Below, one piece after another: positions 60,949-64,000 of a stretch of 64,000 bases of DNA (the first letter of the stretch is position 1; each line of letters starts with the position of its first letter). The notes under the pieces are model-generated. The model saw nothing but the letters and a program-made list of their open reading frames with translations, had not been told where the DNA came from and did no database searches. The position numbers were made by a program, and so were the translations under genes. Source of the DNA: a virus; IMG/VR virus record IMGVR_UViG_3300030329_005813, positions 1 to 64,000 of that record; one strand, written 5' to 3'.

Positions 60949-63900
60949 TTAGTCTGCTGTCAGTGTTGTTGGAGGGTCTTCTGGGCAATCTGTTACATTA
61001 TCTTCATTGGCTGCCGTTATTCTACATCCATCGCCAGATGATTCGTACCGGGCCTTTACGACTGTCTTAAACATTCCAGATTCTATATAGCTCTCAACTC
61101 TTGTAATAATGTGATATCCGCCTAAACCCATAATATTAGATAGACTACTTTTTCTATGAGGCATGCCCAAGGCACCGTGAGATCCTAAACCAAAAGGATT
61201 TAAATATAAATAACTACCTGGATAGAAAAGAGTATTGCCTACCATATCGATTGATAGCTCATACACATCCGAAAGCTGTTGAATTGGGTCGAAGGTTCCT
61301 GCACCCTCTACTCGGGCCTCTCGTATATACGGGGCATCTGTTTTTGAAAAGTTTACCCTCTTAAGTACGCCGGTGCTGCTTCCAATATTTAAATGATGTA
61401 TACCTCTTTCCCTGTCAACCTCGGACGGTTTTTGACCTTCTATATTAGAATTTGGTGCCATACCAGGATAATACAAGCCCGATGGGCCTTGAGCATAGAT
61501 TACAATATATTGATAATAATTTTTTATAGATTTTTCATACGGCGTTTTTGCAAAAATTGGGTTTCGATATGAAACCGCATTTAAATTTAATCGTGCTGTC
61601 GTGCTTTGCTCAGCCTCCTCACCCTCTTCCAAGCCGGCGGTAACAGATTTATTTACGATTGGGTCTTTTCCATCCTCTGTTGCAGGGCCATCAATAAAAG
61701 CAGTCCTAACAATGGCTCTTTGTTTCTGAGTTTCGCCAAAACAATCTGCTCCCAAAGCAGCATAAACTAAGTCGTTAACCATATCTTTTATAAATGTTGC
61801 AAAATTATAAGTATCTTTCTGTTTTAAGATAACTTTTCTATGAAAAAAATCAACAAACAATCGAACGGATATTGGTACGTCTGCCAAGTTAGCTCTAACT
61901 GTGGCTTCTGTTTGAGGATCTTTATACTCAAAAGGCCCCAATAAAACTCTTAGATTTTCAACCTCCCCCTTCTTAAATGCATATTTGTCTTTAAGTGTTT
62001 GATTGTCGGAGTATTTTGAGTTTTCTGCCGTATTATTAAAAACATAACTCGCGATTATATCCACCAAATCACCCAAGTAAAAAAAGTTAATTAGCAGAGT
62101 AGATGGGTCACCAGGATCATATGAAGATAAAGATGTATAATCTTGCAACGAAGAAGCTACTTCACTAGCTTGCGCTGGTACTTGAGACGGTCCAAAGCCA
62201 ATCTTTTCTAGCACACGAGGGGCATATTCAAGCCAACTATTTGCAGCTGCTGTTTTTTCTTGAGAATCTGTTATATAATTGTCTACCTCCCCTACAGGAT
62301 CTCCCTCATATCTATTAATGTCCGACACGTTTACTAACCCTTCATCGCTAGCGGGGCGACGTGCATCGCTGAAAAGACTCAATTCTTCTTGGGTTATAGG
62401 CAATGAATGTATTAATTTTTTTCCTGCATTGACACCACCGGGTGTTGTAGTCGAGGTGCGATAGCCGGTAGTTACCTTTTCACTCTCAAAACCTTTATAA
62501 ATTGTTTCTGGATTCAACAGGGTATCTAACAGGAGAGTACGAGACCTTATCCTCAATTGATCTTTTAAAAGAATCATTTTATCTTTGGTTTTTTTAATTG
62601 TTTCTTGCTTGTAAAAACTATCTTCGCATGAACCATTCTTTTTAAATTCATCTAATATATTTTGAAGCGCGGCAAGATCTTGAAAGGTCTGTGTATCAGC
62701 TGACCCCATTCCCCCGCCGGATAACAGAATATTTGACTTTGGACTTACTAAAATACCATCCATTCGACCTCTATATTCAATTGATAATTCAAAAGTTCCG
62801 TCCTCATTGATTGAAAACTCATGATTTTGTAAAGTCAAAAACAAAGGCACTTGATTAAATCTTAGTGAGTCTATTAAAGCCGGATCGGCGCCTCGGTAAT
62901 CGGACCAGCCAACCACTGCTTTAATCTCATAAAATGACGAATCGTACTGACTACTACCGGGGCCACAAGTTTCTCCGTCCGGTTGATCCTGCTCAATATT
63001 GCCTGAGGCCTCTTTTAAGCCCCTATCGGAACGAAAATTGGGCGCCACAATTAAGTCTAAATAAGAATATGTTTCAGCTGTTTCGCCCAATATTGTTTGT
63101 CGATTTCTGATAAGCTCGTCCATACTTTGAAAGTACAACACTAGCTTGGCTGTAATATCATTTTCGATAGTGTCTGGATTTGTTGATATGTAGGCCCAAT
63201 CGAATGATTTTATGCCGACTCCCATTCTTCCCTGGGCGCCCCCGGGTCTTACCTTTGGATCAAGTACGGAAGTATCGGAATCAGACGCCCAATCTCTATC
63301 GGCCTTCGCTTTAGTAATTGTATGATTATAAAATTTAAAAGGTATTTCTCCTTTAACTTCGCCTTCATCGTTATAAATAATTTTATATAGATTTAATTTC
63401 GGCACCAATTCGGCCAATTGGCTTGTTTTTATGTCTAAAAGGCTTTCCGTACCGGGTCTCATTTTTAATTTTGGGATGACTTCAGATGGGTTACCGTCGA
63501 TTAAATGTGTTTTGTTATATGTAAATCGGGGAATAGGATTATTATCTCCAGCAATACTTGCAGGCACCATAGAATTTACATGCAGTGCAGCCAAGATAGT
63601 AAAGTTCCACATCAAATAACATTGCTCTGCCAATCTTGTTCTAGCTGCTAAAGCTTCTGGATCGTCTTGCTCATCTTGGCGATTTTCATCTTCACTGGCT
63701 TTGGCTTGCTGTCTTAGTGTTGCTTGCTTAACGGCCAAATCGTTTGCTTCATCTAAACTTTGATCTTCTAATATAACGCCTGCTGCTATATCTACACTAA
63801 CAGCGGCCTGTTCGGAGCGCGTCAGAAGACCAAATCTTTCCCTGTCTAAAGGGTCATATCCTAACGTTTCGGCCACAGGAGCAAGCCCGGTGGATTCGGC

Positions 63901-64000
63901 AATAAAAGCGCCGGCGGCCTTTACATATTCACCCTCTCGATAATAATTGTCTGAGACCGAGGCCGAATCTAAAATTAACGCATCTGTTGATTCAACGGTA
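60949..64000 (-). CDS. Large tail/baseplate hub-like protein, 5'-truncated by window edge
   Basis: Frame stays open from 63876 to 64000; C-terminal IDMVGNTLFYPGSYLYL...GYHIITRVES resembles baseplate hub motifs. Confidence 0.6.
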   Translation of the reverse strand, partial: TVESTDALILDSASVSDNYYREGEYVKAAGAFIAESTGLAPVAETLGYDPLDRERFGLLTRSEQAAVSVDIAAGVILEDQSLDEANDLAVKQATLRQQAKASEDENRQDEQDDPEALAARTRLAEQCYLMWNFTILAALHVNSMVPASIAGDNNPIPRFTYNKTHLIDGNPSEVIPKLKMRPGTESLLDIKTSQLAELVPKLNLYKIIYNDEGEVKGEIPFKFYNHTITKAKADRDWASDSDTSVLDPKVRPGGAQGRMGVGIKSFDWAYISTNPDTIENDITAKLVLYFQSMDELIRNRQTILGETAETYSYLDLIVAPNFRSDRGLKEASGNIEQDQPDGETCGPGSSQYDSSFYEIKAVVGWSDYRGADPALIDSLRFNQVPLFLTLQNHEFSINEDGTFELSIEYRGRMDGILVSPKSNILLSGGGMGSADTQTFQDLAALQNILDEFKKNGSCEDSFYKQETIKKTKDKMILLKDQLRIRSRTLLLDTLLNPETIYKGFESEKVTTGYRTSTTTPGGVNAGKKLIHSLPITQEELSLFSDARRPASDEGLVNVSDINRYEGDPVGEVDNYITDSQEKTAAANSWLEYAPRVLEKIGFGPSQVPAQASEVASSLQDYTSLSSYDPGDPSTLLINFFYLGDLVDIIASYVFNNTAENSKYSDNQTLKDKYAFKKGEVENLRVLLGPFEYKDPQTEATVRANLADVPISVRLFVDFFHRKVILKQKDTYNFATFIKDMVNDLVYAALGADCFGETQKQRAIVRTAFIDGPATEDGKDPIVNKSVTAGLEEGEEAEQSTTARLNLNAVSYRNPIFAKTPYEKSIKNYYQYIVIYAQGPSGLYYPGMAPNSNIEGQKPSEVDRERGIHHLNIGSSTGVLKRVNFSKTDAPYIREARVEGAGTFDPIQQLSDVYELSIDMVGNTLFYPGSYLYLNPFGLGSHGALGMPHRKSSLSNIMGLGGYHIITRVESYIESGMFKTVVKARYESSGDGCRITAANEDNVTDCPEDPPTTLTAD

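Noticed and set aside
1-64000. Stop-codon reassignment (alternative genetic code)
   Set aside because: Conserved genes are full length in the standard code, TAA, TAG and TGA all occur at sensible gene ends, and no suppressor tRNA was seen

Overview
This 64-kb window is a segment of a large (jumbo-type) tailed bacteriophage genome. Essentially every real gene is on the minus strand and uses the standard genetic code. Reading in transcription order (right to left), it contains: a tail/baseplate-like gene cut by the right edge; a replication/recombination block (short PolA-like protein, tubulin/PhuZ-like protein, gp32-type SSB, RecA, 5'-3' exonuclease, DnaB-like helicase, DnaE); nucleotide and central metabolism genes (class II RNR, ThyX, dUTPase, PurA, IMPDH/GMPR, GlnII, isocitrate lyase, PMM); proteostasis genes (GroEL, GroES-like, Hsp20, ClpP); an M15 endolysin; and putative head-packaged proteins. 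From about 1.4 to 18 kb lies an early/host-takeover region of small ORFs, four tRNAs, a MoxR AAA/vWA pair and many strong sigma70-like promoters. The strongest unexplained signals are: (1) a ~0.7-kb non-coding cluster of DnaA boxes that looks like a bacterial oriC; (2) gene-cassette-like arrays whose junctions carry a repeated core, best seen as GGAGAGCGAAGAATGA x7 starting inside the thyX 3' end; (3) a tandem TGTCAAG-N4-TGTCAAG element at a fixed offset in about 11 early promoters; (4) an unannotated 58-aa acidic peptide ending DLDPEIPF, like a bacterial SSB tail; (5) an HNH gene flanked by an orphan tRNA 5' fragment and a recoded intact tRNA(CAU); (6) a ~175-nt rod-like structured RNA. All protein calls come from motif recognition by eye; no database searches were run.
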